A DNA stretch of 64,000 bases, taken from positions 527,501 through 591,500 of the forward strand of contig CAWDDT010000009.1 in assembly GCA_963801165.1 (NCBI GenBank), given 5' to 3'. Below the pieces are notes generated by a model that saw only the letters and a list, made by a program, of their open reading frames with translations, did no database searches and was not told the origin of the DNA. Position numbers and translations under genes: made by a program. Positions 28,835-37,587 of this stretch are shown here, piece by piece (the first letter of the stretch is position 1; each line of letters opens with the position of its first letter). The DNA is from an uncultured bacterium (GTDB lineage: Bacteria > Actinomycetota > Acidimicrobiia > Spongiisociales > UBA5794).

Positions 28835-30118
28835 ATGAATTCGCTACGCCGTACCGGCATTATCTCGCTCGTCGCCGCGCTCGTCGTGCTTCTCGGAGCG
28901 GCGGGCGCTCTTGCCGCCTCCGCTTCCGACGTTGCAGACGAGGTGTCACAAACCGGATTCCATCTCGAGGGGAACGTGTCGATCACCGCAAGCGATGCGT
29001 CGGCGGTCGTCACCGCAGCTCGCAACAACGGATCGCGGTTCTACCTGATCGTGCTCCAGGATGCCCCGCCGGGTGGCGACACGACTTTTGCCGAGGCGGT
29101 CCTCGACGACCTGAACGTCGACGGGGGGACTGTGCTGGTTCTGTCGCAGGATGATGTCGGCTGGGTGACTGACAACGACGTGGTGACCGAAGCCGACATG
29201 GACGCCGCGTTCAGCTATGCCAACGATCAGGGTGGCAACGACGCAGACTATGCGGCCGCATTTGTCGTTGGTCTCTTCGGTGCCCAGGTGCCGGCAACGA
29301 CCGAGGCTGCTCCCGCAACCACGGCCGCCGCCTCGTCGTCGAGCGCAGGCTCCTCGGGAGGAGGATCGGGGATCATCTGGTTCCTCGTGTTCATCGTCGC
29401 CATCGGTTTGCTTCTGTTCTGGCTGGTCCGCCGCGGCAATAAGCGGAGCGCCAACGCTGCGGCAGAACAGATTGCCAAAGCGCGGGCGGCGGTACAGAAG
29501 CAGGTCGATGCGATCGCCAACGACATCCTCGACATGGAGGACGAGGTGCGCGTTGCCGACAACCAGGAGGTTCACCAGCTCTACGACCAGGCGAGCGAGA
29601 CGTACCGGACGCTCGAAGACCGGCTCCAGCAGGCGGATACGCCACAGGAGCTGGTCGATATCTCCAACGATCTCGACGTCGCCATCTGGCAACTCGACTG
29701 CGCCGAGGCGGTTCTAGACGGTAAACCAAAGCCGCCCAAGCCCGAGCAGAAGATTCTGGAACCGCCCGCACCCGCCCCCGGCGATCGGGTAACGATTCCG
29801 GCCCCACGTCCCGATTACCAGCGGCGCCCGTCGCGGCGTAGCTCCTACATGGGGCCGGGGATGATGGACATCCTCATCGGCGTTGCCGGTCAGGTGCTGG
29901 CGGGCGGGTCCATGGGTCGCCGCCGCGGCGGCGGTCTTGGCTCGATGGGTGGTTTGTTCGGCACCAGCAACAGGCGGAACTCACCCCCGCGGTCCAGCGG
30001 TGGCGGCGGTGTGATTCCCGGCCCGGGATCGCCGGTGCGTCGCAGCTCGCCTCGTAGCTCGGCCCGGCGCAGCAGCGGCGGGCGCTCCCGTGGTGGTGGG
30101 AGACGCCGGCATCGTTGA
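28835..30118 (+). CDS. Membrane protein: signal peptide, TPM-like extracellular domain, TM helix, coiled-coil and Gly/Arg-rich tail
   Basis: Signal peptide, acidic alpha/beta domain, Ser/Thr linker, TM helix IIWFLVFIVAIGLLLFWLV, helical cytoplasmic part. Lies upstream of pspA. Confidence 0.6.
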   Translation: MNSLRRTGIISLVAALVVLLGAAGALAASASDVADEVSQTGFHLEGNVSITASDASAVVTAARNNGSRFYLIVLQDAPPGGDTTFAEAVLDDLNVDGGTVLVLSQDDVGWVTDNDVVTEADMDAAFSYANDQGGNDADYAAAFVVGLFGAQVPATTEAAPATTAAASSSSAGSSGGGSGIIWFLVFIVAIGLLLFWLVRRGNKRSANAAAEQIAKARAAVQKQVDAIANDILDMEDEVRVADNQEVHQLYDQASETYRTLEDRLQQADTPQELVDISNDLDVAIWQLDCAEAVLDGKPKPPKPEQKILEPPAPAPGDRVTIPAPRPDYQRRPSRRSSYMGPGMMDILIGVAGQVLAGGSMGRRRGGGLGSMGGLFGTSNRRNSPPRSSGGGGVIPGPGSPVRRSSPRSSARRSSGGRSRGGGRRRHR

Positions 30119-30187
30119 CTTTCCGACTAATCCAAGGCCGTTGGCAAACATCTACAATTCGCAATACGGAACAACGGAAGGAAACAA

Positions 30188-30976
30188 ATGAGCTTTCTAA
30201 AGCGCCTGTGGGGATACCTCTCGACCCTGTTCAAGGGCGGCGCCGAGAAGTTGATGAAGCCCGAGGTCGAGATCGAGCAGGCGATCAACGAGGCCCAGAA
30301 GCGGGACCAGGAGCTGCGTAATCAGGCTGCCAAGGTAGTTGCCCATCGCACACAGCTCGAGTCGAAGATGGGGAACGCCGCCGACGATGTCGGCGAGGCC
30401 CGGGAGATGGCCAAGCAGGCGATCCTCAAGGCTGAGGAAGCCAAGACGGCGGGCGACGCCGCCGGCCAGGACAAGTGGACCAAGGCAGCTCAGTCGATCG
30501 CCATGAAGCTTCAGGCAGCCGAGAACAACATGGCGACGCTCAAGGAGCAGTACGCGACCGCCACCACCCAGGCGGACAAGGCCAAGAAGGCGGTCCAGCA
30601 GAACGCGATGCGCGTCTCGGAGTTGGCCGCCAAGCGCATGGAGCTGCTGGGATCGCTCGAAGCCGCCAAGATGCAGGAGTCGGTCAACCAGGCCGTCGAC
30701 GCCATGTCCAACATGAGCGACTACGAGGCGCCTTCACTCGACAAGATCGAGGAGAAGATCGAGAAGCGCAAGGCCGAGGCAATGGCCAAGGCCGAGCTGC
30801 GCGATGCGACACCTGAAGGCTCGGAGATGGAGCTCAAGGAGGCCATCAACATGGTTCAGGCCGATGCCAAGCTCGAGGAGCTGAAGGCTGAGCTGGGTCT
30901 CAGTGGGAGCGGTGGGAACACCGGGACCAGCGCTACCGGCGATATCAGCGATATCAGCGGTACCAGCGGGAGCTGA
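30188..30976 (+). CDS. pspA: PspA/IM30 family protein
   Basis: MSFLKRLWGY..PEVEIEQAI, a long coiled coil, AKMQESVN, PSLDKIEEKI. Confidence 0.9.
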   Translation: MSFLKRLWGYLSTLFKGGAEKLMKPEVEIEQAINEAQKRDQELRNQAAKVVAHRTQLESKMGNAADDVGEAREMAKQAILKAEEAKTAGDAAGQDKWTKAAQSIAMKLQAAENNMATLKEQYATATTQADKAKKAVQQNAMRVSELAAKRMELLGSLEAAKMQESVNQAVDAMSNMSDYEAPSLDKIEEKIEKRKAEAMAKAELRDATPEGSEMELKEAINMVQADAKLEELKAELGLSGSGGNTGTSATGDISDISGTSGS

Positions 30977-30998
30977 ATCCGATCTGCAACCTCTAGGA

Positions 30999-31034
30999 AA
31001 GGCCCCCGGTGACGCCCGGGGGTCTTTCCTTTTT
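30999..31034 (+). terminator. Intrinsic terminator after pspA (probably bidirectional)
   Basis: AAAGGCCCCCGG-tgacgc-CCGGGGGTCTTT followed by CCTTTTT. Confidence 0.8.
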
Positions 31035-31089
31035 GCCGATCCGGCAAGAGACTCGATCGGGTAGGAGATCCCCAAACTCTAACCGTCAA

Positions 31090-31689
31090 CTAGAGGTTCA
31101 GGGCCTTCGGGTTCAGAACCGTGATCACGGCCCCGTCCGTCCAGGCAAGAGCCGACACCCACGGTGGTGACGAGCCCGGGGGATGAGCCCACCGCAGGTC
31201 GCGGGCCGGGGTCAGCCCGGTCACCGAGCTCACCGCCAGCAACACTCGAGCCGTCGTTCCGGGTATCGCCAGCAGGGTCGTCGTCGCGTCAGGGTCGAGC
31301 GGACGGTTCTGGAGCACCGTGCCGCCGTCGTGGACCTCTGTCAGCGTCTCACGAAAGCCCGCAACCCCGAGAAGCGTGCCGCTCGAGGTCGGCACCTGAT
31401 GGATGGCGAGCCTTGCCGCCACGGTCTCGACCAACTCGATCGGGATGCCGTAGACGACGTCACCGACGGCAAACACGAGCAGGTCGACCGGCTCGACGAC
31501 TGCCGGCTCCTCTATCGCTTGTCGTTCGTCCACGACCGGGGCGGCTGCATCTTCCAGGGATGGCTGCAACATGGTGTCCACAGCATGCCGAACCAGCTGC
31601 TGGAGCGTCGCCGGTGGGACCGAGTCCTCCCCGCGCTTGCGGAGAGCCATGTAGAGATCATCGGTAAGAGAGACTGTGAAGCGACGCAT
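31090..31689 (-). CDS. Ribbon-helix-helix + CheW-like domain fusion protein
   Basis: N-terminus MRRFTVSLTDDLYMALRKR..TLQQLVRHAVDTML fits the RHH pattern. C-terminus LLVFAVGDVVYGIPIELVETV..VP..LLGVAGFR..LLAVSSV..ITVLNP fits the CheW pattern. Confidence 0.7.
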   Translation of the reverse strand: MRRFTVSLTDDLYMALRKRGEDSVPPATLQQLVRHAVDTMLQPSLEDAAAPVVDERQAIEEPAVVEPVDLLVFAVGDVVYGIPIELVETVAARLAIHQVPTSSGTLLGVAGFRETLTEVHDGGTVLQNRPLDPDATTTLLAIPGTTARVLLAVSSVTGLTPARDLRWAHPPGSSPPWVSALAWTDGAVITVLNPKALNL

Positions 31690-31754
31690 GGTGCACCTCG
31701 CATCATAGTGGTGCGGAACGCGCCAAGACATGGTGCGGCGTGCACCGCGTCGCC

Positions 31755-32444
31755 TTACGGAACGTATTGCTCTTCGATAACCGTGACCGCGCCGGCTTCG
31801 ATGGTCACCCAGACGCCGGGCGCCAGGGCGGCATCGCGGCTCTCGCGGGCGGTCAGCCAGTCGGCGTAGGTCACTCGAGTCTGGGTAGACGGGTCACCGG
31901 GATTCGGGAGCCAGGACACCTCGGCGGTCTCGGCGACGGCAATCGTGCGGAGGCGCGAGTTGTCATTGCGGATGTAGTAGTCGTTGGGTGGAGGTGACTC
32001 TGCGCCGTCTTCGGCAGCAGCCTGGGCGGCGGCATCCCCGCTGAACCAGCATGCCAGATCGAAGTCGATCTCGGTCTCGCGTGCCTCCGCGACGTATCCG
32101 TACCATATGCCATTGCCCAGCTCATCGCCGCCCGGCGTGCAGCCGGAGCCGTCGGCGAGTGTGGCGACATCGACCGTTGTCGTGGTAGCCGGTGCCGTGG
32201 TCGTGGTCGTGGTCGTGGTTGTGGTTGTGGTTGTGGTTGTGGTCTGGGCGGCGGTTGTGGTCGTGGTTCCCTCGGTCGTGGTGGGGACGCTCGCGGTCGT
32301 GGTCGAGCCTGCCGTGGTTGTCGTACTGGACACCACAGTGGTCGACGTGTCCGTTCCGGCACCATTTCCGCCACAGCCGGCGGCAAGTGCGACGACTACG
32401 AGCGTCTCGACCAGAAGCTTTCGATTGGGGAAATTGATGTTCAT
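31755..32444 (-). CDS. Lipoprotein with Thr-rich linker, unknown function
   Basis: Lipobox LAAGC, poly-Thr, and a C-terminal globular domain ending NDYYIRND..IEEQYVP. Confidence 0.75.
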   Translation of the reverse strand: MNINFPNRKLLVETLVVVALAAGCGGNGAGTDTSTTVVSSTTTTAGSTTTASVPTTTEGTTTTTAAQTTTTTTTTTTTTTTTTAPATTTTVDVATLADGSGCTPGGDELGNGIWYGYVAEARETEIDFDLACWFSGDAAAQAAAEDGAESPPPNDYYIRNDNSRLRTIAVAETAEVSWLPNPGDPSTQTRVTYADWLTARESRDAALAPGVWVTIEAGAVTVIEEQYVP

Positions 32445-32561
32445 CGCGAGGACGATATCAGGACGGCTGACCACGGGGAAGGAACTTCGACCCGGTGTAG
32501 AAGGTTGTTTCGACTCCCAGTGGGAAACCCGGCGTGGACCACACGAAGGCCGACCCGAAAC

Positions 32562-32594
32562 GTCGCCTGCGGGACTCGTAGTCCCGCAGGCGAC
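32562..32594 (-). terminator. Perfect 15-bp hairpin downstream of the ECF sigma/anti-sigma pair
   Basis: GTCGCCTGCGGGACT-cgt-AGTCCCGCAGGCGAC. Confidence 0.65.
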
Positions 32595-32607
32595 CAGGGG
32601 CGGGTTG

Positions 32608-33216
32608 TCAATTAGCGAACGCTTCGTCGAAGGCAGCCCGCAGCTCGGCGGTGCTCGGCCCGCTGTATCCGCAGTAGTTGACGTTGCCGTCGTATGCACT
32701 GATCAGGTATTGGTCGCCAACGGTGAATTGCATCCCACCGATGAGCGCCTCCATCCCCTGAGGTGCGACCAGCTCGACTGTCGCCGCCTCACCACCCCTA
32801 TACCAATGGTCTACCTGGAGCGAAACGTTCGGCCCATCGACCGCGGTCACCGTTCCCTCGAACGCAAGCGGGGCATTGGCCAGCTCCTCGACCGAGAAGC
32901 GGATGCAGCTCGCCATCAGGTCGTCTCCGGAGGCCGTCAGCGTGACGGGCGGCCCCGGCTGCTCCGCCACCGTGGTGGGGCTCGCCTGGGTGTCGCCTCC
33001 GCCGGTGATGCCGATGCCAATGGCCACCGCGGCAACGAGGACCGCGGCCGCACCGGTGATGGCAAGCCACCGGTTCCGGGTGCTTGGGGTCTGATCGGGT
33101 GTGCTCATGATTGCCTCCAACAGGTTCCGTGCCGACTCACTCGTCACGGGTGTAACGGGTTCACCGGAGCGCATCGGGTCGAGTGCGGCCAACTGTTGGC
33201 GAAGCTCGTCGTTCAT
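32608..33216 (-). CDS. Putative anti-sigma factor: single TM, extracellular Cys-pair domain (NTR/TIMP-like pattern)
   Basis: ATGA-coupled to the ECF sigma gene. LAALDP N-terminus, TM helix, SC..AFEGTV..VDHWYRGG..FTVGDQYLI..CGYS. Confidence 0.6.
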   Translation of the reverse strand: MNDELRQQLAALDPMRSGEPVTPVTSESARNLLEAIMSTPDQTPSTRNRWLAITGAAAVLVAAVAIGIGITGGGDTQASPTTVAEQPGPPVTLTASGDDLMASCIRFSVEELANAPLAFEGTVTAVDGPNVSLQVDHWYRGGEAATVELVAPQGMEALIGGMQFTVGDQYLISAYDGNVNYCGYSGPSTAELRAAFDEAFAN

Positions 33217-33761
33217 CGTTGCTCCTCGGTGCTATTACTCCCTCTGTGTCCGGAACCCGCAGCATTCTGTCGGATCACGGCATCGGCGAGCTTCTGACGC
33301 GCTCGTGAGAGACGGAGGCTCACTGCGTTCGGGGTTGATTCGAGCACCGAAGCAATCTCGCGGGGCTCGAGCTGCTCCCAGGCCCACAGGTACAAGATCT
33401 CCTGGTCGGGGGTCGGCAGGGTTGCCAGGGCGCTCACCAGCGCGGGGTCGCCGCCGAGGTCGGCGGGATCGGGCGCCAGCCACGATGGCGGTTGGCTGGC
33501 CAGGCGACCTACGAGCGCGAGGTGGCGGCGTCTGCTGCGGTGGTGGTTTGCCAGGGTGCGGCGCGCCACCCCGTAGCACCACGGGAGCGCTTGTGTGACC
33601 GGGATGTCGTCGACGCGGCGCCACAGCGTGAGCATCACGTCGGCGAAGACGTCTTCTACGTCCGACGCGGGAAGACGGCGGCGCAGATACCGCTGCAAGG
33701 GCTCGAATACCTCACCGGCGACGTCCTCGAGCCGCCGACGCCGGTCGTCCTGAGATCTCAT
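33213..33761 (-). CDS. ECF RNA polymerase sigma-70 factor
   Basis: VEDVFADV..LWRR, PWCYGVARR, ALATLP..DQEIL..AWEQL..EIA..AVSLRLSRAR. Confidence 0.92.
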   Translation of the reverse strand: MRSQDDRRRRLEDVAGEVFEPLQRYLRRRLPASDVEDVFADVMLTLWRRVDDIPVTQALPWCYGVARRTLANHHRSRRRHLALVGRLASQPPSWLAPDPADLGGDPALVSALATLPTPDQEILYLWAWEQLEPREIASVLESTPNAVSLRLSRARQKLADAVIRQNAAGSGHRGSNSTEEQR

Positions 33762-33770
33762 ATGCCGTAT

Positions 33771-33796
33771 ATGTCCGCGACTGCTCCGGATCTGTC
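33771..33796 (-). promoter_or_regulatory. Putative autoregulatory ECF promoter GACAGA-N14-GGACA (second copy at 33246-33271)
   Basis: The same bipartite motif with the same spacing occurs upstream of the sigma gene and upstream of the anti-sigma gene. Confidence 0.6.
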
Positions 33797-33838
33797 ATCG
33801 ACGACGGTCGATCCACGAGTCAAACGTAGCGGCGTCCG

Positions 33839-34948
33839 GTGGTCGCCACGACGTCCTCAGCCGGACGGGTATCGCCGAGTACCCTGGCGGACGGCAATCG
33901 CGGAAGGAGGACCCGGGTGTTACAGGCCGTCGACTCGACTACCGCCGGCATTTGTGGTGGTGCCAGCGACTACGTGTGCAATTGGGTCTTCGACTGGAGT
34001 GGTAACGAGCCGCTCGCCAAGGCGGTGGGCTGGGTGGTCGATCGGCCGCTGCGGGTTTTTCTCATCTTGCTGGTGGCCTACCTGGTGAACCGGCTGGTGT
34101 GGCGTGCGATCGAGCGAGCCGTCGCCCGAATGATCGCCGAGAGGGAGCAGCGGCTCGCCGCGTGGCTGGCGGCTCATGACATCGAGCCTGGTGGCCAGCC
34201 GACCGAGCTGCTTCAGTATCGGAGCAGGTCGCTGGCAATGGCTCAGGCGACCGAGCAGTCGAAACAGCGGGCCCAGACGCTCGGTTCGGTCATGCGCTCG
34301 ACCACAACCGCGATCATCTACACGCTTGCGTTGTTGATGGCGCTCGCCCAAATCGAGGTCAACCTCGGGCCGCTCATCGCCAGCGCCGGGATCGCCGGGA
34401 TCGCCCTGGGCTTTGGCGCTCAATCGATCGTCAAGGACTTTCTCTCCGGGTTCTTCATGCTCGTCGAGGATCAATACGGTGTCGGCGACATCATCGATGT
34501 CGGAGAAGCGGCCGGGGTCGTCGAGGCGATCAGCCTGCGCACGACGAAGATCCGCGATGTCAACGGGACCCTCTGGTTCGTTCCGCACGGTGAGATCGCC
34601 AGGGTCGCCAACAAGTCGCAGCAGTGGTCACGGGCCGTACTCGACATCGAGGTTGCCTACGACACCGACATCGACAACGCCAGGCGGGTGATCAAAGAGG
34701 TGGCCGACCAGGTGTGGAGCGAACACATTGCCACCGCAACCATCATCGAAGAGCCCGAGATCTGGGGTGTCGAGAGGTTCGGCGAGAGCGCCATCGCCAT
34801 CCGGCTCGTCGTCAAGACCGAGCCCGGCGAGCAGTGGACAACCGCCCGGGAGATTCGGGGACGGCTCATCAAGGCGTTCACCGCCGAGGGCATCGAGATT
34901 CCGTTCCCGCAACGCGTCATCTGGACCCGGAGCGACACGACTGAGTGA
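33839..34948 (+). CDS. MscS family mechanosensitive channel (YbiO-like)
   Basis: ASAGIAGIALGFGAQSIVKDFLSG, EDQYGVGD, LRTTKIRD, IEIPFPQR. Start uncertain. Confidence 0.9.
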   Translation: MVATTSSAGRVSPSTLADGNRGRRTRVLQAVDSTTAGICGGASDYVCNWVFDWSGNEPLAKAVGWVVDRPLRVFLILLVAYLVNRLVWRAIERAVARMIAEREQRLAAWLAAHDIEPGGQPTELLQYRSRSLAMAQATEQSKQRAQTLGSVMRSTTTAIIYTLALLMALAQIEVNLGPLIASAGIAGIALGFGAQSIVKDFLSGFFMLVEDQYGVGDIIDVGEAAGVVEAISLRTTKIRDVNGTLWFVPHGEIARVANKSQQWSRAVLDIEVAYDTDIDNARRVIKEVADQVWSEHIATATIIEEPEIWGVERFGESAIAIRLVVKTEPGEQWTTAREIRGRLIKAFTAEGIEIPFPQRVIWTRSDTTE

Positions 34949-34951
34949 ACG

Positions 34952-36559
34952 TCAGTCGAGCTCGATGATCACGCCCTCGCTGGGACGCAACTCCACCGTG
35001 CCGGCCACTTCCTCGCCGGTTCGGCCGGGAATGGTCGATAGCGTCACCTTGCCGGCTCTGCCGAGGTCGCACCTGCTCGGCGTTTCCGTGAAGCTGAGTG
35101 CGACGACGACCCGGCTTCCATTGTGGTTGCGCTCGTAGGCGTAGACGCCATCCGGCGTCTCGAGCCTGCGGTAGTCCCCGACTTCGAGTGCCGGTGAGCT
35201 CTTGCGATAGCCGAGCAGCGCCCGATAGAGACTAAGCAGCGACGCCGGGTCGTCGAGCTGGACCGCGACGTTGCGGTCCTGCGAGTCGGCAGTCAGCGGC
35301 AGCCAGGTAGCGGTCGTGCCCGCCGGGCTGAAGCCCGCCAGTGGCGACCGGTCCCACTGCATGGGGGTGCGGCACCCATCGCGACCCGCTCCCGGGAGGT
35401 TGCGGCCCCACGGGTCCTGTTGCTGCTCCGGCGGGATATCAGTTTGAGGGATGCCGATCTCGTCGCCGTAGTAGACCGTCGGGGTTCCGCGCAGGGTCAA
35501 CAGCAACATCGCTGCCACCCTGGCTTGTTGCTCGCCGAACCTCGTGGCGAGCCTCGTCTCGTCGTGGTTGCCCAGGACGTAGTTGGGCCAGGCGCCCGCC
35601 GGGAGCGCCGCTTCGAGCTCGTCGACCCGGGCGGCGACCTCGTCTGCCTTCCATGGTGTGTGCACCAGCGAGAAGTTGTACGGCATGTGCAGCTCGTCGA
35701 GATCCTCGCCGTAGTAGCTCGCCCAGGCATCCCACTCGGCGATGTGGATCTCACCGACGGAGTACCGCTCGGGCTGATAGCTGTCGAGCAGAGCACGGAA
35801 GTCGCGGAACACCTGGTGGATGTCGGGGTGGCCCTTGTCGTGAATGTGTAGCCATCTGTCGTACTCGCCGTGCGACTTGAATGCGTTTTGCCATCCCTCG
35901 GGTGCGGGCGGATTGTCGCGCAGCTCGGGGTCCTTCATGATGAGATGGGCTACGTCGATGCGGAAGCCATCGACACCCCGGTCGAGCCAGAAGCGGACGC
36001 CGTCGAACATCGCCTCCTGTACTTCGGGGTTGCGCCAGTTGAGATCTGGCTGTTTGGCGAGAAAGGAGTGGAGGTAGTGCTGGCCGGTGATCTCGTCGTA
36101 TTCCCACGCAGGACCGCCGAAGCTGCTCAGCCAGTTGTTTGGTAGCGACCCATCGGGCTTCGGGTCTCGCCACACGTACCAGTCTCGCTTGGGGTTGTCC
36201 CGGCTCGAGCGGGACTCGACGAACCAGGGATGCTCATCGGAACTGTGATTGGGGACCCAATCGACAATGACCTCGAGCCCGCGCCGGTGGGCAGCGACGA
36301 GGAGATCGTCGAAGTCGCTCAGCGTGCCGAACATCGGGTGGACATCTGTGTAGTCGGAGACGTCGTAACCGAAGTCGGCCATGGGCGACGGGTAGAACGG
36401 CGAGATCCAGATGGCGCCGACCCCGAGTGTGTCGGCCAGGTAGTCGAGCCGGCTGGTGATACCGGGGAGGTCGCCGATCCCATTGCCGGTCGTGTCCTGG
36501 AAACTACGCGGGTAGATCTGATAGATGACGGTGGTCTGCCACCAGGGATGGTCGGTCAT
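34952..36559 (-). CDS. GH13 alpha-glucosidase / oligo-1,6-glucosidase family
   Basis: YQIYPRSFQD, DFGYDVSDY, VPNHSSDEHPWF, QPDLNW, GFRIDV, GNHD, RDGCRTPMQW. Confidence 0.93.
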   Translation of the reverse strand: MTDHPWWQTTVIYQIYPRSFQDTTGNGIGDLPGITSRLDYLADTLGVGAIWISPFYPSPMADFGYDVSDYTDVHPMFGTLSDFDDLLVAAHRRGLEVIVDWVPNHSSDEHPWFVESRSSRDNPKRDWYVWRDPKPDGSLPNNWLSSFGGPAWEYDEITGQHYLHSFLAKQPDLNWRNPEVQEAMFDGVRFWLDRGVDGFRIDVAHLIMKDPELRDNPPAPEGWQNAFKSHGEYDRWLHIHDKGHPDIHQVFRDFRALLDSYQPERYSVGEIHIAEWDAWASYYGEDLDELHMPYNFSLVHTPWKADEVAARVDELEAALPAGAWPNYVLGNHDETRLATRFGEQQARVAAMLLLTLRGTPTVYYGDEIGIPQTDIPPEQQQDPWGRNLPGAGRDGCRTPMQWDRSPLAGFSPAGTTATWLPLTADSQDRNVAVQLDDPASLLSLYRALLGYRKSSPALEVGDYRRLETPDGVYAYERNHNGSRVVVALSFTETPSRCDLGRAGKVTLSTIPGRTGEEVAGTVELRPSEGVIIELD

Positions 36560-37017
36560 GCGCTCTGTCCTGTTTCGTAAACGAGTCGTCCTGCATCTTC
36601 GTGAGCCTGGAGGTTGAGAGCCACCTGCTTGGCGAGTTGAGCATCATGCGCATCCACAGCGAAGAGGTGAGCAGAGGAGCGCTCGACAAGCGCCCCCATC
36701 GCGAGCAGCTCCGCAACGATCTCCTCCTGTGGATGGTGTGAGTCACCAAACCAGGCTCGAAACACATAGCGTCCAGAGGGCTGGATAACACGCGCGATGA
36801 CATAGCGCCGATCCCCACTGTCTGTCTCCACGTGATCGCCGAGGGCAAGATCGTATGCGAAGAACGGTATGCAGCAGACCTCGAACGACAGCTCGTCGAT
36901 CTGCCGAGCCCATAGCTGTTCGTACTCTGCGACCTCCGAATACGAGGAGATGTCAGCCGCGATGATGAAGTCGGCACGCTCGCGCCATATGGGTTCGGCG
37001 TGTTGCGCTTCAGCCAT
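36556..37017 (-). CDS. DUF4265 domain-containing protein
   Basis: EQLWARQ..FEVCCIPFFAYDLALGDHV, SGRYVFRAWF, FAVD, YE. Confidence 0.75.
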   Translation of the reverse strand: MAEAQHAEPIWRERADFIIAADISSYSEVAEYEQLWARQIDELSFEVCCIPFFAYDLALGDHVETDSGDRRYVIARVIQPSGRYVFRAWFGDSHHPQEEIVAELLAMGALVERSSAHLFAVDAHDAQLAKQVALNLQAHEDAGRLVYETGQSA

Positions 37018-37099
37018 CGGTCGAACCACCGCCTAGTGCCCTGGCCGCTCGCATCGGAGCGCAGTCACATACACCGTGGTGGCATAACGTCGTGTTGTC

Positions 37100-37138
37100 A
37101 TAGATGACGGTGGTCTGCCACCGTGGGTGCTCGCTCAT
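37100..37138 (-). repeat. Duplicated 5' end of the GH13 glucosidase gene (remnant MSEHPRWQTTVIY)
   Basis: The 23 bp ATAGATGACGGTGGTCTGCCACC are identical at 36521-36543 and 37100-37122. Confidence 0.85.
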
Positions 37139-37220
37139 GGGACAGCAGGCTAACGCCGAGAGCATGTCGTTGGTCCCGCTCTGATTGCGTCCTTGAAGTA
37201 GGCGGACGACGTGCATCGAC

Positions 37221-37241
37221 ATATACCGATAGTCGGTATAT
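37221..37241. promoter_or_regulatory. Putative PadR operator
   Basis: Perfect inverted repeat ATATACCGA-tag-TCGGTATAT, 10 bp upstream of the padR ATG. Confidence 0.7.
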
Positions 37242-37251
37242 AGTTGACCGT

Positions 37252-37587
37252 ATGGCAAAGCGAACGATGCAGGAACCGGCCTTCCTGATCCTGACGGCTC
37301 TCTCCGACGAGCCACGCCACGGGTACGGGATCATGAAGGAAGTCGAGGCTATCTCGACCGGTCGGGTCACGTTGCGTGCCGGGACGCTCTACGCGGCGCT
37401 CGATCGGTTCGCCGGCGAGGGGCTGGTCGAGATCGATCACGAGGAGGTGGCCGACGGCCGCCACCGTCGCTTCTACAAGCTCACCGAGCGGGGTCGGTCC
37501 GAGCTGGAGGCCGAGGCCGCTCGTCTGGCGGGTAACGCCCGGGTGGCCCTGCGAAGGCTGGGCATCGCGGCGGAGACAGCACCGTGA
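37252..37587 (+). CDS. PadR family transcriptional regulator
   Basis: FLILTAL..PRHGYGI, GTLYAALDR, RRFYKLTERG. Confidence 0.92.
   Translation: MAKRTMQEPAFLILTALSDEPRHGYGIMKEVEAISTGRVTLRAGTLYAALDRFAGEGLVEIDHEEVADGRHRRFYKLTERGRSELEAEAARLAGNARVALRRLGIAAETAP

Noticed and set aside
30905-30976. 9-bp quasi-repeats at the 3' end of pspA
   Set aside because: They form a short low-complexity Gly/Ser tail with no evidence of a separate function.
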